DNA from: an uncultured Candidatus Saccharibacteria bacterium
GTDB taxonomy: Bacteria; Patescibacteriota; Minisyncoccia; Phycocordibacterales; UBA2100
NCBI GenBank assembly: GCA_964654205.1
Contig: CAZZHR010000002.1
Span: forward strand, 1,800-65,799
Length of the DNA: 64,000 bases
Direction of reading: 5' to 3'
Shown here: positions 41,591-49,895 of the stretch, piece after piece
Layout: every line of letters starts with the position of its first letter
Numbering within the stretch: the first letter of the stretch is position 1
Position numbers and translations under genes: made by a program
Notes under the pieces: generated by a model
The model's database searches: none
What the model was told of the DNA's origin: nothing
Seen by the model: the letters and a program-made list of their open reading frames with translations, nothing else

Positions 41591-41618
41591 ATTATAACAA
41601 ATACAATACGTTTGTCAA
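41591..41618 (-). promoter_or_regulatory. Consensus sigma-70 promoter: TTGACA, 16-nt spacer, TATAAT (minus strand), with a roughly 100-nt structured leader
   Basis: Leader contains the hairpin GGAATTCGAGGCAG...CTGCCTCGAGTTCC (14 bp, one mismatch). Confidence 0.65.
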
Positions 41619-41642
41619 GTATAAAATTTGGCTCAATAGAGC

Positions 41643-41676
41643 CAAAAGACTGATGCCCCGCATTTTCACGCGGGGC
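41643..41676 (-). terminator. Intrinsic terminator of the 41707-42384 gene
   Basis: GCCCCGCattttcacGCGGGGC followed by a T-run on the minus strand. Confidence 0.65.
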
Positions 41677-41706
41677 ACCTTTCATGAGCTTATCCGACTC
41701 CGGAAC

Positions 41707-42384
41707 CTACGTCGGCTGAGGCACGAGCGCCGCAGGCGGAGCACCAGCTGCCGCCTGAGCGTTGACCCGCAGCTGGTCTGCTGCGAGGCTAATCAGACGC
41801 GCCTCGTCGATGGCGGGAATGTCCGGCTCGACGTATCCATCGGGAGCCACGTCGAGAAACACTGTCTCTTGCAGCGGACCGATTCGCCGGAGCCCCCGCT
41901 CGTAGAACGGAAGCAGCGGTCCGAGGCCGTAGCTCTGCTGGGCGGCTGGGTCCATTTGCACGTTGATGAGCCCTGCATCGGCGATTCGCTGAAGCAGAAA
42001 CACGTCCACGTACGCATACGCCGTCAGCATGATCAGGATTTGCAGCGCGTTTGAGGTTTGCAGCACAATCCAGATATCAGCGCCGCCGAAGCTCATCTGG
42101 GCGATGACCGCAAGCGACGTGAGCGAGAGGCTCCACAGCGCGACCGTCGACGTCTTCTTGTCGATGGAATTGAGCGTGGGACTCGGCTTCACGAAGATTG
42201 CGAGCGTGTTGGAGACGAGGTAGGTCACCCAGACCGTCGTGCCGAAGTTGATCAGCACGGAGGCCCAGTACACGACGCTTTGCGCCTGCGCGAATGCCGG
42301 AATCGCAAAGTACGAGAGCGGCGCCCACAGGGCGACGAGCAAACCGGACACAATCGAGACGATTTTGACAATAACGCTTGTCAT
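41707..42384 (-). CDS. Polytopic membrane protein (4 TM) with soluble C-terminal tail
   Basis: Hydrophobic helices; no recognisable domain; TTGACA-17-TATACA promoter at 42453-42481. Confidence 0.55.
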   Translation of the reverse strand: MTSVIVKIVSIVSGLLVALWAPLSYFAIPAFAQAQSVVYWASVLINFGTTVWVTYLVSNTLAIFVKPSPTLNSIDKKTSTVALWSLSLTSLAVIAQMSFGGADIWIVLQTSNALQILIMLTAYAYVDVFLLQRIADAGLINVQMDPAAQQSYGLGPLLPFYERGLRRIGPLQETVFLDVAPDGYVEPDIPAIDEARLISLAADQLRVNAQAAAGAPPAALVPQPT

Positions 42385-42477
42385 CGAGTTCTCCTGCCGA
42401 GTCTTGTGTTGCGTTGGATTCGGAGCCCAGCATCATGCCGGGAACTCTTCTATGTATACATCAAAACGCGCGCCCTG

Positions 42478-42744
42478 TCAAGTGTGGTCTGTTCCTCTCC
42501 TCTCCGTCTTTTCGATGTCTTGAATTATCTTCAAACCTTTCTCCTGAATGTCGGCTATTGCCGCTGCTTCAGTATTCTGCTTCTGAAGGGCAGCAAAGTA
42601 CACATTGTTGAGTATTCTGCCCTGAAGCTCATCTGGAAGCTTTTCGAATTCTTCTGCCACAAGCTTCTGAGCAGCCGCCTGATCACCCTTTGATAAAAGT
42701 TCGTGGAGTCTGTCGTATAGCTGTCCGAGATTGTCTTCGGTCAT
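42478..42744 (-). CDS. Small helical cytoplasmic protein (88 aa)
   Basis: Low-GC ORF with balanced composition, immediately downstream of the 697-aa gene. Confidence 0.45.
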   Translation of the reverse strand: MTEDNLGQLYDRLHELLSKGDQAAAQKLVAEEFEKLPDELQGRILNNVYFAALQKQNTEAAAIADIQEKGLKIIQDIEKTERRGTDHT

Positions 42745-42754
42745 GCAGAGGGTG

Positions 42755-44848
42755 TTAGTTGTTAAATGCGCCGCTCGCCATAAGTTTCTTTCGCTCCTGC
42801 TTCAATTTTTCTGAGAAGACTGCACTCAAGATTCCGGCAAACCAACCAAACAGCGACTGCCTCTTTTCGGCGTCAGACTCACGGTCTGCGAAAAATGCAT
42901 CAGCTCGTTCGTCTGGCGTTGCGTCCGCCCATTTTTTTCCCATCTTATTTTCCAGTGACACTTGAAAAGTCTCATCCTTGGCTTTTAATTTCTTAATATC
43001 CTCATCGAGTGCCGTATTTAGGTTCTTTGTATTCGTTTCGAACTCACCGAACGTGGCTTCCCCGCGCTCGCCCAGAGCTGGTATGGGCTTCTTACCATAA
43101 GCTTCCTGGACGATACGGGCTCGGAATACGCTGTCATTGGAGAGTGTGCCTGCGAGAACTTTTCCTATTTCAATCCTATTGTGCGCCAAGGAGTTGATTG
43201 CATTGTTCGAGCGAATCGTGCTGTCCCGCAACAGTACGCGCCTGAAAAAGCCGGGTTTGCGAATGTTTCGCGCTGTTCTTGCGTCAAGCATGGACCAATT
43301 GAGGTCTTCCGGCCCGACTCCTATGAGACCCGTGAAGTGCCTGGTGCGTTCCTTGAGTTTCGCATAGCTTGCGTTCATTCGAATATCGAGGTTCGATCTG
43401 TGCGAGAGTACAATTGCCCTCACGTCGTCGGAGCTGGCAAGCGCAAATGTGTACGACAGCGCAGTTTTCATAGCCTCGAGTCTACGAGTTGGATTCAGGT
43501 TTGTCGCGAGAACAGCAAAAGCTTTGTCGTTGGCAATCATGAACTCGACGTCAGCCGCCGTGAGTCCATCGCGCACCTCATCAAGCAGGCGCATGCGATG
43601 ATCGAACTCTTTGAGGAGCTCCTGTAGCTCCGCATAGTCGTCCTCTTCCATCGTAGACGCGTCTTGCATAGAAGCCATGTGCCGCACACTGAGCCCTTCT
43701 GGGCCGTGCGCTTTGACGTATTCGCCGAAAAGCTCCTGCTTCTTCTTGTCCTTCAGGATGACATCCATTGTCGAACCCTGATTCGTATATGTTATCGATT
43801 GCGCCCGCACGAGCGGCAAGGCTGAATATCTGCGTTTTACGTGCTTCGGGACGACGCCGACCACCCTTCCCTTTTTCGGCAATGGTTGGGGCATAGCGCC
43901 ACGACCACTCTTCTTTCCGCTCCCATTCTCTGAATCGTCGCCCCCATCACCGCCGTCACCGCCGCTTGGCGGTTCCGGACCGTCCGACTTCTCCGTCCCA
44001 TTCCTGGACTCGTTTTTGGCTTTCCGGTCACGCAGCATCTGTATTTGTTCCGAAGTGTACAGTTTCCCAGGTGTATCTGGATGGTAATAGTAGCGCCCGC
44101 CCCAAACGCCCGCGAGATGCTCAAATTTGGTAAGGTCGAGATCCTTATTTCTCTCCGCGAGCTTCTTTAAAAGCTCCTCAACCTCCTTTTGCTTCGCCGG
44201 ATCGTTGGCGTTGTCTGCGAAGCCACCGTCGTTGGTAGCGTTACCGTCTAACTCCGAGGCCGATTCTTTTCCTTTGCTGCTCGCCTCATACACTTGAAGC
44301 GCTTCACTGATGCCTTTTATTTCGATAGGTTTCGTTGCTGCACCGACGTAATCCTCCAGTCGCTTGAAATGTTTATCACCGATTTTTGCCTTTACCGCCT
44401 CGAGTCGCGCATGAATATTTTTCTTTGCCTCTTCGAGCTGTTCTGGTTTAGCATATTCGCTGCTCGCGCTAACCTCCTCGGTCACAGCATTAACTCCCTC
44501 CAGCTCAGCAATCTCTGCGTTGGACACACGAACAAGTTCCATCTGAGGTACGTCATCTCTCAATGCATCCCCCATCTCTGTCCTTATAATCTGATCCTCT
44601 TCCGCTTCGTTCGGCTTCCGTTTGGTACCATCCATCTCAACGATAAGAAATCCGCTCGCCCCCGCCTCGTACTTCAATTTAGACGTTCGCGCTTCAGCAG
44701 AAGCTTCATGCCGCCGTGAATCTGGTGGCGCATCCGTCTTGGGCTCAAACGAGGACGAACTTTGGTCTGGGAGACTAATGATGCTGTCGTCTTCGACAGG
44801 TTTTTTACGACGCTCGAGTGCGCGCTTCGCCCGCTCTTCAAATGCCAT
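42755..44848 (-). CDS. Large hypothetical cytoplasmic protein (697 aa); low GC; no recognisable domain
   Basis: Long intact ORF at about 45-50% GC in a 60% GC genome; acidic/basic low-complexity linkers (GGDGGDGGDD). Confidence 0.6.
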   Translation of the reverse strand: MAFEERAKRALERRKKPVEDDSIISLPDQSSSSFEPKTDAPPDSRRHEASAEARTSKLKYEAGASGFLIVEMDGTKRKPNEAEEDQIIRTEMGDALRDDVPQMELVRVSNAEIAELEGVNAVTEEVSASSEYAKPEQLEEAKKNIHARLEAVKAKIGDKHFKRLEDYVGAATKPIEIKGISEALQVYEASSKGKESASELDGNATNDGGFADNANDPAKQKEVEELLKKLAERNKDLDLTKFEHLAGVWGGRYYYHPDTPGKLYTSEQIQMLRDRKAKNESRNGTEKSDGPEPPSGGDGGDGGDDSENGSGKKSGRGAMPQPLPKKGRVVGVVPKHVKRRYSALPLVRAQSITYTNQGSTMDVILKDKKKQELFGEYVKAHGPEGLSVRHMASMQDASTMEEDDYAELQELLKEFDHRMRLLDEVRDGLTAADVEFMIANDKAFAVLATNLNPTRRLEAMKTALSYTFALASSDDVRAIVLSHRSNLDIRMNASYAKLKERTRHFTGLIGVGPEDLNWSMLDARTARNIRKPGFFRRVLLRDSTIRSNNAINSLAHNRIEIGKVLAGTLSNDSVFRARIVQEAYGKKPIPALGERGEATFGEFETNTKNLNTALDEDIKKLKAKDETFQVSLENKMGKKWADATPDERADAFFADRESDAEKRQSLFGWFAGILSAVFSEKLKQERKKLMASGAFNN

Positions 44849-44896
44849 GCGTGAATTTTATCACGATGTAACGCCATTATTTCAATGTACGTGCAT

Positions 44897-44927
44897 AGAA
44901 AAAGGGCGAGCCGAAGCTCGCCCTTTC
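44897..44927 (-). terminator. Intrinsic terminator
   Basis: aaaaaGGGCGAGCcgaaGCTCGCCCtttcc. Confidence 0.8.
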
Positions 44928-44949
44928 CGTCGCACTAGGGCGACAAAGA

Positions 44950-45774
44950 TCAGGTCTTGGCACCGATGGAGATGCCTTTCCCGTTGTAAGCCGGGTTGCC
45001 CTTGGCAGCTTCCGCAGCAGCGGCGGCGGCGATCTTCTGTCGCTCCTCCATGTCTTCCATGAAGAGGCGTTCGAAGAACTTGTCGTAGCCTGTCGCGTCC
45101 TGTTCGAGGAGCTGTGTCTTGCCGCCGATCAGGCGGCACGACTTGCCGTTGACATCGCGCACGATGACGACGGCGCCCTCAGGGATACGCCAGAAGTCGA
45201 AGTTGACCGGGGAGTACGGAAGTCCACGGATGTTCTTGCCGTGGACACTCCCGATCTTCTCGGCCGCAGCCGTGCCGAAATCCGCTTTCTCTTCGCGGCC
45301 TTCGGCGATCTTGAACGCGCCGGACTTCTTGTCGAAGTTGTACGAGCCGTGAGGCTTCACTTCGCCCTTGCTCGCGATGTCCATGTAGTCGCCCATCATG
45401 CCCTGCGGACCGAACTGGAAGCCAGTCCGAATGAGCACGATCCAGTCGTTGCCATCCTTGTGGGAGGCGAGGACCTTGCGGGTCTTGCCGTCGCCGATGT
45501 CCTGATCGATCGCGCTCGCGCGGATGATCTTGTTGCGCTGGTCGAACAGCGGGCGATCGGTCAGCAGTGCCGGGACGACTGATGCGCCCTTGCTGAGCTT
45601 CCCGTTGCGTCCGATGCCGCCGACCACCACGGACGGCAGCGCGATTTTCGCGACGGAATCCGGCAACAGGTCAGACCTGATACCGGTGGTCAGACCCTGA
45701 CCGCGGGGCATGAAGAAGTACAAGTTGGCGTCCTTCGCGGTGCCAACCTGGTGTTCAGCGGACTGACTGCGCAT
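44950..45774 (-). CDS. Hypothetical protein (274 aa)
   Basis: Intact ORF with high GC3; flanked by intrinsic terminators; no signal peptide; no assignable domain. Confidence 0.55.
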   Translation of the reverse strand: MRSQSAEHQVGTAKDANLYFFMPRGQGLTTGIRSDLLPDSVAKIALPSVVVGGIGRNGKLSKGASVVPALLTDRPLFDQRNKIIRASAIDQDIGDGKTRKVLASHKDGNDWIVLIRTGFQFGPQGMMGDYMDIASKGEVKPHGSYNFDKKSGAFKIAEGREEKADFGTAAAEKIGSVHGKNIRGLPYSPVNFDFWRIPEGAVVIVRDVNGKSCRLIGGKTQLLEQDATGYDKFFERLFMEDMEERQKIAAAAAAEAAKGNPAYNGKGISIGAKT

Positions 45775-45895
45775 TTGGTGTGCTCCTTAAGCTGCGCTTC
45801 TGGTGAGATCTCCGAGGAGACCAGAGCCCTATGCTCCACCCTTGATGGTATCATATTATCTAGAAATGTCAATATATGGCTCAAGTACCTGTCCA

Positions 45896-45931
45896 ATATA
45901 AAAGACAAAGCGCCGCGGTTGCCCGCGGCGC
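45896..45931 (-). terminator. Intrinsic terminator
   Basis: GCGCCGCGGttgcCCGCGGCGC followed by TTTGTCTTTTAT on the minus strand. Confidence 0.8.
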
Positions 45932-45958
45932 TGAAAGATAGCTTGCCTTGCGAATAGT

Positions 45959-46546
45959 TCACCTGTTGCGCGGCAGCCTCTGCTCCGTACGTTCACCTCT
46001 CGGTGCCGACTTCAGCATCTCCATCAGGAGCCCGTTTACGAAGTAGTTCGTGATGAGGATGGCGAAGACATTGACGCCGACGAGATGCCACTCGACTACG
46101 CCATAGCGTATCGGGCTGCCTCCCGGCTCGTTGCGATAGTACGCCCATGCCACGAGCCATATCACGACTGCGAGAATCGTCCCTATGTGCGGCAGCTGTG
46201 CAGTACGCACCTGCCTGCGCGCTTGTGGCGCACTTATCGAGCCGCGCCCCTCCATCTGTCCCATAATCTCGCGCGCTTCGAGAAGCACGTAGAGGAATAG
46301 GAACGCGACCCAGTAGAAGCCGATCCAGAGCTTCGTTACCGTCGAGAACCCACTCAAAGAAAGGAGCGGGATGCCGAAGGTAATCAGAACCATGAGAATC
46401 GGCGCATTCCAGCGCTCCGCCCAGATGAACGGCGGATGTCCAGCGGGGTCACGCATAAGCCCTACCGCAATTTTCCAGTTGGCCCACTTGTCGGGATTTC
46501 GCGGGACTGTTGGTTCCTGACCAATCTCGGTCATATGTCGCTCCAT
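45959..46546 (-). CDS. Membrane protein (4 TM), unknown function
   Basis: Hydrophobic helices ILMVLITFGIPLL, LWIGFYWVAFLFLYVLL, ILAVVIWLVAWAYY, VFAILITNYFVNGLL. Confidence 0.55.
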   Translation of the reverse strand: MERHMTEIGQEPTVPRNPDKWANWKIAVGLMRDPAGHPPFIWAERWNAPILMVLITFGIPLLSLSGFSTVTKLWIGFYWVAFLFLYVLLEAREIMGQMEGRGSISAPQARRQVRTAQLPHIGTILAVVIWLVAWAYYRNEPGGSPIRYGVVEWHLVGVNVFAILITNYFVNGLLMEMLKSAPRGERTEQRLPRNR

Positions 46547-46610
46547 TATTCGCTCCCCCTCGGGGAGCTTCTAGCGCACGTTGTGCGCTTTTATGAGGCG
46601 CGTGTCAAGC

Positions 46611-47306
46611 CTAGTGCGCGAGGATGCGGCGGATTTGTTCGAGGTTGGAGGCGACGGAATTGTCGGGCTTGTTGAGTCGATGAATATCCACCGCGCGGGC
46701 GACTTCTACAGGCCGCGCCACATCGACTACGCGTCCGACGTCGACTGCGTGCCCGATAGTGACCGCTGATGCGATGTTGCCCGCGCTGCCTATGCTGACC
46801 GCACGACCAATGTCGACCGCATGAGCGATGTCGACGGCGTGCGCAATAGTCACGGCATTGCCGATGACCACGGGGTAACCGAGACTCACCGGACGGCCTA
46901 CGATGACGGGGTACCCAATCGTGACCGGACGTCCGACTGTAACAGGACGTCCGACCGTCACCGGCCTCCCGACGTTCACGGGACGACCGACATTGACCGG
47001 ACGAGCCACCGAAACAGGCCTCGCGACGGTAGCGGGACGCGCGACAGATACCGGATGAGCCACGCGGACAGGTTCGGCGACGATGGCACTGCGAGTGACG
47101 ACTATCTCATCGCATGCGCATTCGTCGGCAAAGACCCACGCGAGCGGCGTGAGCAGCGCACCGATGAGAATAGCGATGGCGTACTTCTGCTCCATAGTGA
47201 GATGCACGGGACGGACGTTCACGATTCGGGCGCGTGCTGCGGCAACCGTGTCGCGCACGAGCGACAGGAGCCTCACGGGTACGAATTTCTTTGCAAGTGT
47301 TTCCAT
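46611..47306 (-). CDS. N-terminally anchored protein made of about 25 tandem hexapeptide repeats (xRPVxV / xHAVDI)
   Basis: TM anchor MEQKYAIAILIGALLTPLAWVFA; 18-bp in-frame tandem repeats; start ATG 4 nt after the sortase stop. Confidence 0.6.
   Translation of the reverse strand: METLAKKFVPVRLLSLVRDTVAAARARIVNVRPVHLTMEQKYAIAILIGALLTPLAWVFADECACDEIVVTRSAIVAEPVRVAHPVSVARPATVARPVSVARPVNVGRPVNVGRPVTVGRPVTVGRPVTIGYPVIVGRPVSLGYPVVIGNAVTIAHAVDIAHAVDIGRAVSIGSAGNIASAVTIGHAVDVGRVVDVARPVEVARAVDIHRLNKPDNSVASNLEQIRRILAH
46665..47096 (-). repeat. 18-bp in-frame tandem repeats (hexapeptide)
   Basis: Period 18 nt, coding, no spacers. Confidence 0.8.
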
Positions 47307-47310
47307 ACGT

Positions 47311-47976
47311 TTAGTACACCCCGACAAACGACGCCTCGACGACAAAACGAGCGTCTTTGGATGTGAGCGTGTCGCAGGTGACGAGCGTGATACGAGTGCC
47401 GAGTTCCTTGCGCATGTCGATGCGCGTGTCGGATGCATCGGCCTTCTTTACCGACGTGACCGAATAGAGGTAGTTCTTGCCAGCGGCCTGGAGCGTGATG
47501 GTGTCGCCCGCCTCGAGTTCTTTCACGCGATTAAAAGCCTTGTACATCGGGTTGCGCACGACCGGAAGATTGGACGAGTGCGCAAAGAGAAGGACGTTGC
47601 CACCTTTCTCGCCGAGCTTAGCGGAATCGATGTAGCGCGCAGGACCATTTTTGAGAAGCTCGTCGAGCTCAGCGATGTCGCGCGTATCGGGATTCTGAAT
47701 CGCGAGATCGAGTTCAATGTCGGCGATGATGATTCTTTCTGGCTCTACGACGACTTCGTTGCCGAGCTCCGGCAGGTGCGACAACGCGACCGTATTGCTC
47801 GAGAGCGTCTCGGCGACAGTTTCGTAATCTCTGTCAGTACCATCGATGTAGTCGGGCACGAAGCCGACGGAACTAGCCGCCGAGAGCGAGAGGAAGAAAA
47901 TCACCACCGCGGCACTCACAAAGACGCTCTTGGGAGCGCGATTCTGTGGCTCTACTGAGCGGTGTAGCTGACTCAT
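47311..47976 (-). CDS. Sortase-family transpeptidase
   Basis: N-terminal TM anchor; His in LLFAHSS; TLxTC active site RITLVTCDT; Arg in ARFVVEASF. Confidence 0.75.
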   Translation of the reverse strand: MSQLHRSVEPQNRAPKSVFVSAAVVIFFLSLSAASSVGFVPDYIDGTDRDYETVAETLSSNTVALSHLPELGNEVVVEPERIIIADIELDLAIQNPDTRDIAELDELLKNGPARYIDSAKLGEKGGNVLLFAHSSNLPVVRNPMYKAFNRVKELEAGDTITLQAAGKNYLYSVTSVKKADASDTRIDMRKELGTRITLVTCDTLTSKDARFVVEASFVGVY

Positions 47977-48005
47977 ATATTTATATTGTACCTCTGTAGG
48001 GTTGA

Positions 48006-48029
48006 TTTGTCAATAGTATACTTGACAAA
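48006..48029. promoter_or_regulatory. Divergent promoter region with a palindromic pair of TTGACA boxes (tttgtcaatagtatacttgacaaa)
   Basis: Minus strand: TTGACA-17-TACAAT, with the ATG 8 nt later (leaderless sortase mRNA). Plus strand: TTGACA-16-TACTCT before the CARDB gene. Confidence 0.5.
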
Positions 48030-48056
48030 ACGTAGGAACACGGTACTCTTGCCCGC

Positions 48057-49031
48057 ATGTCAGACCCGCACCAACCGCCCGCGCAAAAAACGCACAAACC
48101 CTCCGGTACGACGATGGTCGCCAACGTTCTCGCCATCGTAGGCTCCATCATTCTCGTAATCATCATTATTTGGGGACTCGTCCACCTCCTTTCTCTCTCG
48201 GGCGGATTCTTCTCTTCCCTCTTCGGCGGCAAAGACCGTGACATCGTAGTGGACGCGCCGTCTGAAGTTACTTCCGGGGAAGCGTTCAAGATTTCCTGGA
48301 TGCATGAGACGGACGAGGGCGGCATGTACGCGCTCCTCTATCCGTGCACCGAGGGCTTGCGCTTCTCCATCCTCGCGCCGAACGATGATGACATTACGAT
48401 CCCCTGTGGCGCGGCATTTGCCATCGGAACCGCGACGACCAGCGCGAGCCTCACGCCCGTGCTGATTGGCGCCTCGACGGTGAGCACGCCGCTGAGTGTG
48501 CTCTTCATCCCGAGCTCTACATCGAGCGCGCCCGTAGAAGGCACCGTGACACTCTCCGTCGAGACTGTGTCTACACCGACGCAGCCTGAACCAGAAGAGC
48601 CCGCTCCAACGCCGAAACCGACTACCCCTGTTGCGCCGAGCACCCCTGGCGACCTCGCGGTTACCATCACGTCGGTCTCTGTAGACCAGTTCGGCAACGG
48701 CACCGTCGTCTTCAACATATCCAACATCGGCTCCGGCGCGACCGGTGGGTACTACTTCACCGCACAGCTCCCGACTCGCCAGCCATACACATACATCTCT
48801 CCGACCCAGGCATCGCTTTCCCCGGGCGCGTACATCGTAAACACGCTTCGCTTCACGCAGGCGATGGCCGGCAATGTAACTGTGGTCGCCGACCCGGCCA
48901 ATGTGGTGCGCGAGAGCAACGAGAACAACAACACCGCCGTGCAATACATCTCCGGCCAATACCCGTACCAGTACACATACCCGCAACAGCCATCGAGCTA
49001 CAACATCTACAACTATCCGTACACCTACTAA
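48057..49031 (+). CDS. Cell-surface protein: N-terminal signal anchor, Thr/Pro-rich linker, CARDB-like domain, Tyr-rich C-terminus
   Basis: DLAVTITSVSVDQFGNGTVVFNISNIGSGATGGYYFTAQLP...VTVVADPANVVRESNENNNT matches the CARDB pattern; the ending QYPYQYTYPQQPSSYNIYNYPYTY echoes the YP repeats of 38747-40069. Confidence 0.65.
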   Translation: MSDPHQPPAQKTHKPSGTTMVANVLAIVGSIILVIIIIWGLVHLLSLSGGFFSSLFGGKDRDIVVDAPSEVTSGEAFKISWMHETDEGGMYALLYPCTEGLRFSILAPNDDDITIPCGAAFAIGTATTSASLTPVLIGASTVSTPLSVLFIPSSTSSAPVEGTVTLSVETVSTPTQPEPEEPAPTPKPTTPVAPSTPGDLAVTITSVSVDQFGNGTVVFNISNIGSGATGGYYFTAQLPTRQPYTYISPTQASLSPGAYIVNTLRFTQAMAGNVTVVADPANVVRESNENNNTAVQYISGQYPYQYTYPQQPSSYNIYNYPYTY

Positions 49032-49130
49032 GGGTCAGCGCGGATGAAATCAAAAGGGCGGCCGAATGGCTACCCTTTTGATTGCACACCTTGCCACAAT
49101 ATGCGCGCTTTGTGTCGGTGCTATCTGTGC

Positions 49131-49159
49131 GTTATAGCGAACGTATAGCATTTACATCA
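49131..49159 (-). promoter_or_regulatory. Element C, downstream copy: TATAGCGAA-N3-ATAGCAT, overlapping the stop of PaaX-like gene 2
   Basis: gttatagcgaacgtatagcatttaca; same orientation as 49736-49764. Confidence 0.65.
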
Positions 49160-49729
49160 TTTCCCTTTCAGACCGAAATGTTTGCGTAAATCCTCATCAC
49201 CCTCTATCTCGTCAACAATCATATAGCGGACTGCCCTTCCGATGTGTAGATCAGCCTTCACGAGTGAAACAAAATCTTCAACATCGTAGGGGAAAACCCA
49301 TACGCTATCCTGCAACATAAGAAAGCCGATGTGTCGGAGAGTCCTACGGATCTTATCCCTATCTGCTTTCCGATGTTCGGGGATATCAAAGATGAGCACA
49401 CGCCACCTGCCGTCCCAACGACGCGGCACGTCCCCTCGCATCAATGCCTCATGTAGATCCAGCTCTTTCCGGCCTCGGTCAGTCAATCGAAGCCCTTTCT
49501 CCGTGCTACGAATGTGTCCAGAGGCGATTAATCGCTTTCGCGCTCGATTAATCGTTGAGGAATCTTGCGGAGACCTCTCAAGGAGTCCCAATTTGTACAA
49601 ACTTTGGACCGCATTCGGTGCTGCCAAAACAAATCCTGTGATTGCAGCCACTTTGACCGCCGCGAGTAATGCGAACTTGATATCTCTTTTCCGCTTACGG
49701 ATCCTCCCTCGTATTTCTACCTCGCCCAT
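49157..49729 (-). CDS. PaaX-family-like transcriptional regulator, paralog 2 (190 aa)
   Basis: APNAVQ..GLRLTDRGRKELDLHE..RWDGRWRVLIFDIPEHRKADRDKIRRTLRHIGFLMLQDSVWVFPY; collinear with 38003-38572. Confidence 0.55.
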   Translation of the reverse strand: MGEVEIRGRIRKRKRDIKFALLAAVKVAAITGFVLAAPNAVQSLYKLGLLERSPQDSSTINRARKRLIASGHIRSTEKGLRLTDRGRKELDLHEALMRGDVPRRWDGRWRVLIFDIPEHRKADRDKIRRTLRHIGFLMLQDSVWVFPYDVEDFVSLVKADLHIGRAVRYMIVDEIEGDEDLRKHFGLKGK

Positions 49730-49735
49730 ACTATT

Positions 49736-49764
49736 TATTCGCTATAGCGAAATGATAGCATGAC
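49736..49764 (-). promoter_or_regulatory. Element C, upstream copy with a perfect 14-bp palindrome ttcgctatagcgaa, 8 nt upstream of the paralog 2 start
   Basis: tattcgctatagcgaaatgatagcatgac. Confidence 0.65.
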
Positions 49765-49826
49765 AGTCTGAAACATACGTCTAACGTATTGTCTACGTAT
49801 GTCGACGGAGCAAAACAGGGCGCACG

Positions 49827-49895
49827 TTAGATGTCGAGTGTCGCTTCTTTAGCGTGGCTCTGAATGAATTCCGCCAGAAGGCGGATTACGCGCAC
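49827..49895 (-). pseudogene. In-frame tandem duplicate of the gyrB C-terminal tail (…AEFIQSHAKEATLDI*), recoded at synonymous sites
   Basis: Reading through the gyrB TGA gives VRVIRLLAEFIQSHAKEATLDI then TAA at 49827-49829. It encodes the same 13 aa as the genuine gyrB end; about 28/42 nt are identical, with differences confined to wobble positions. Confidence 0.7.

Noticed and set aside
46665-47096. Regular 18-bp tandem repeats
   Set aside because: In-frame coding hexapeptide repeats within the sortase-coupled membrane protein; not a CRISPR array.
38003-49729. Prophage as the origin of the accessory island
   Set aside because: There is no integrase, terminase, portal, tail or lysis genes; the genes are monocistronic with host-type promoters and encode surface or membrane proteins.
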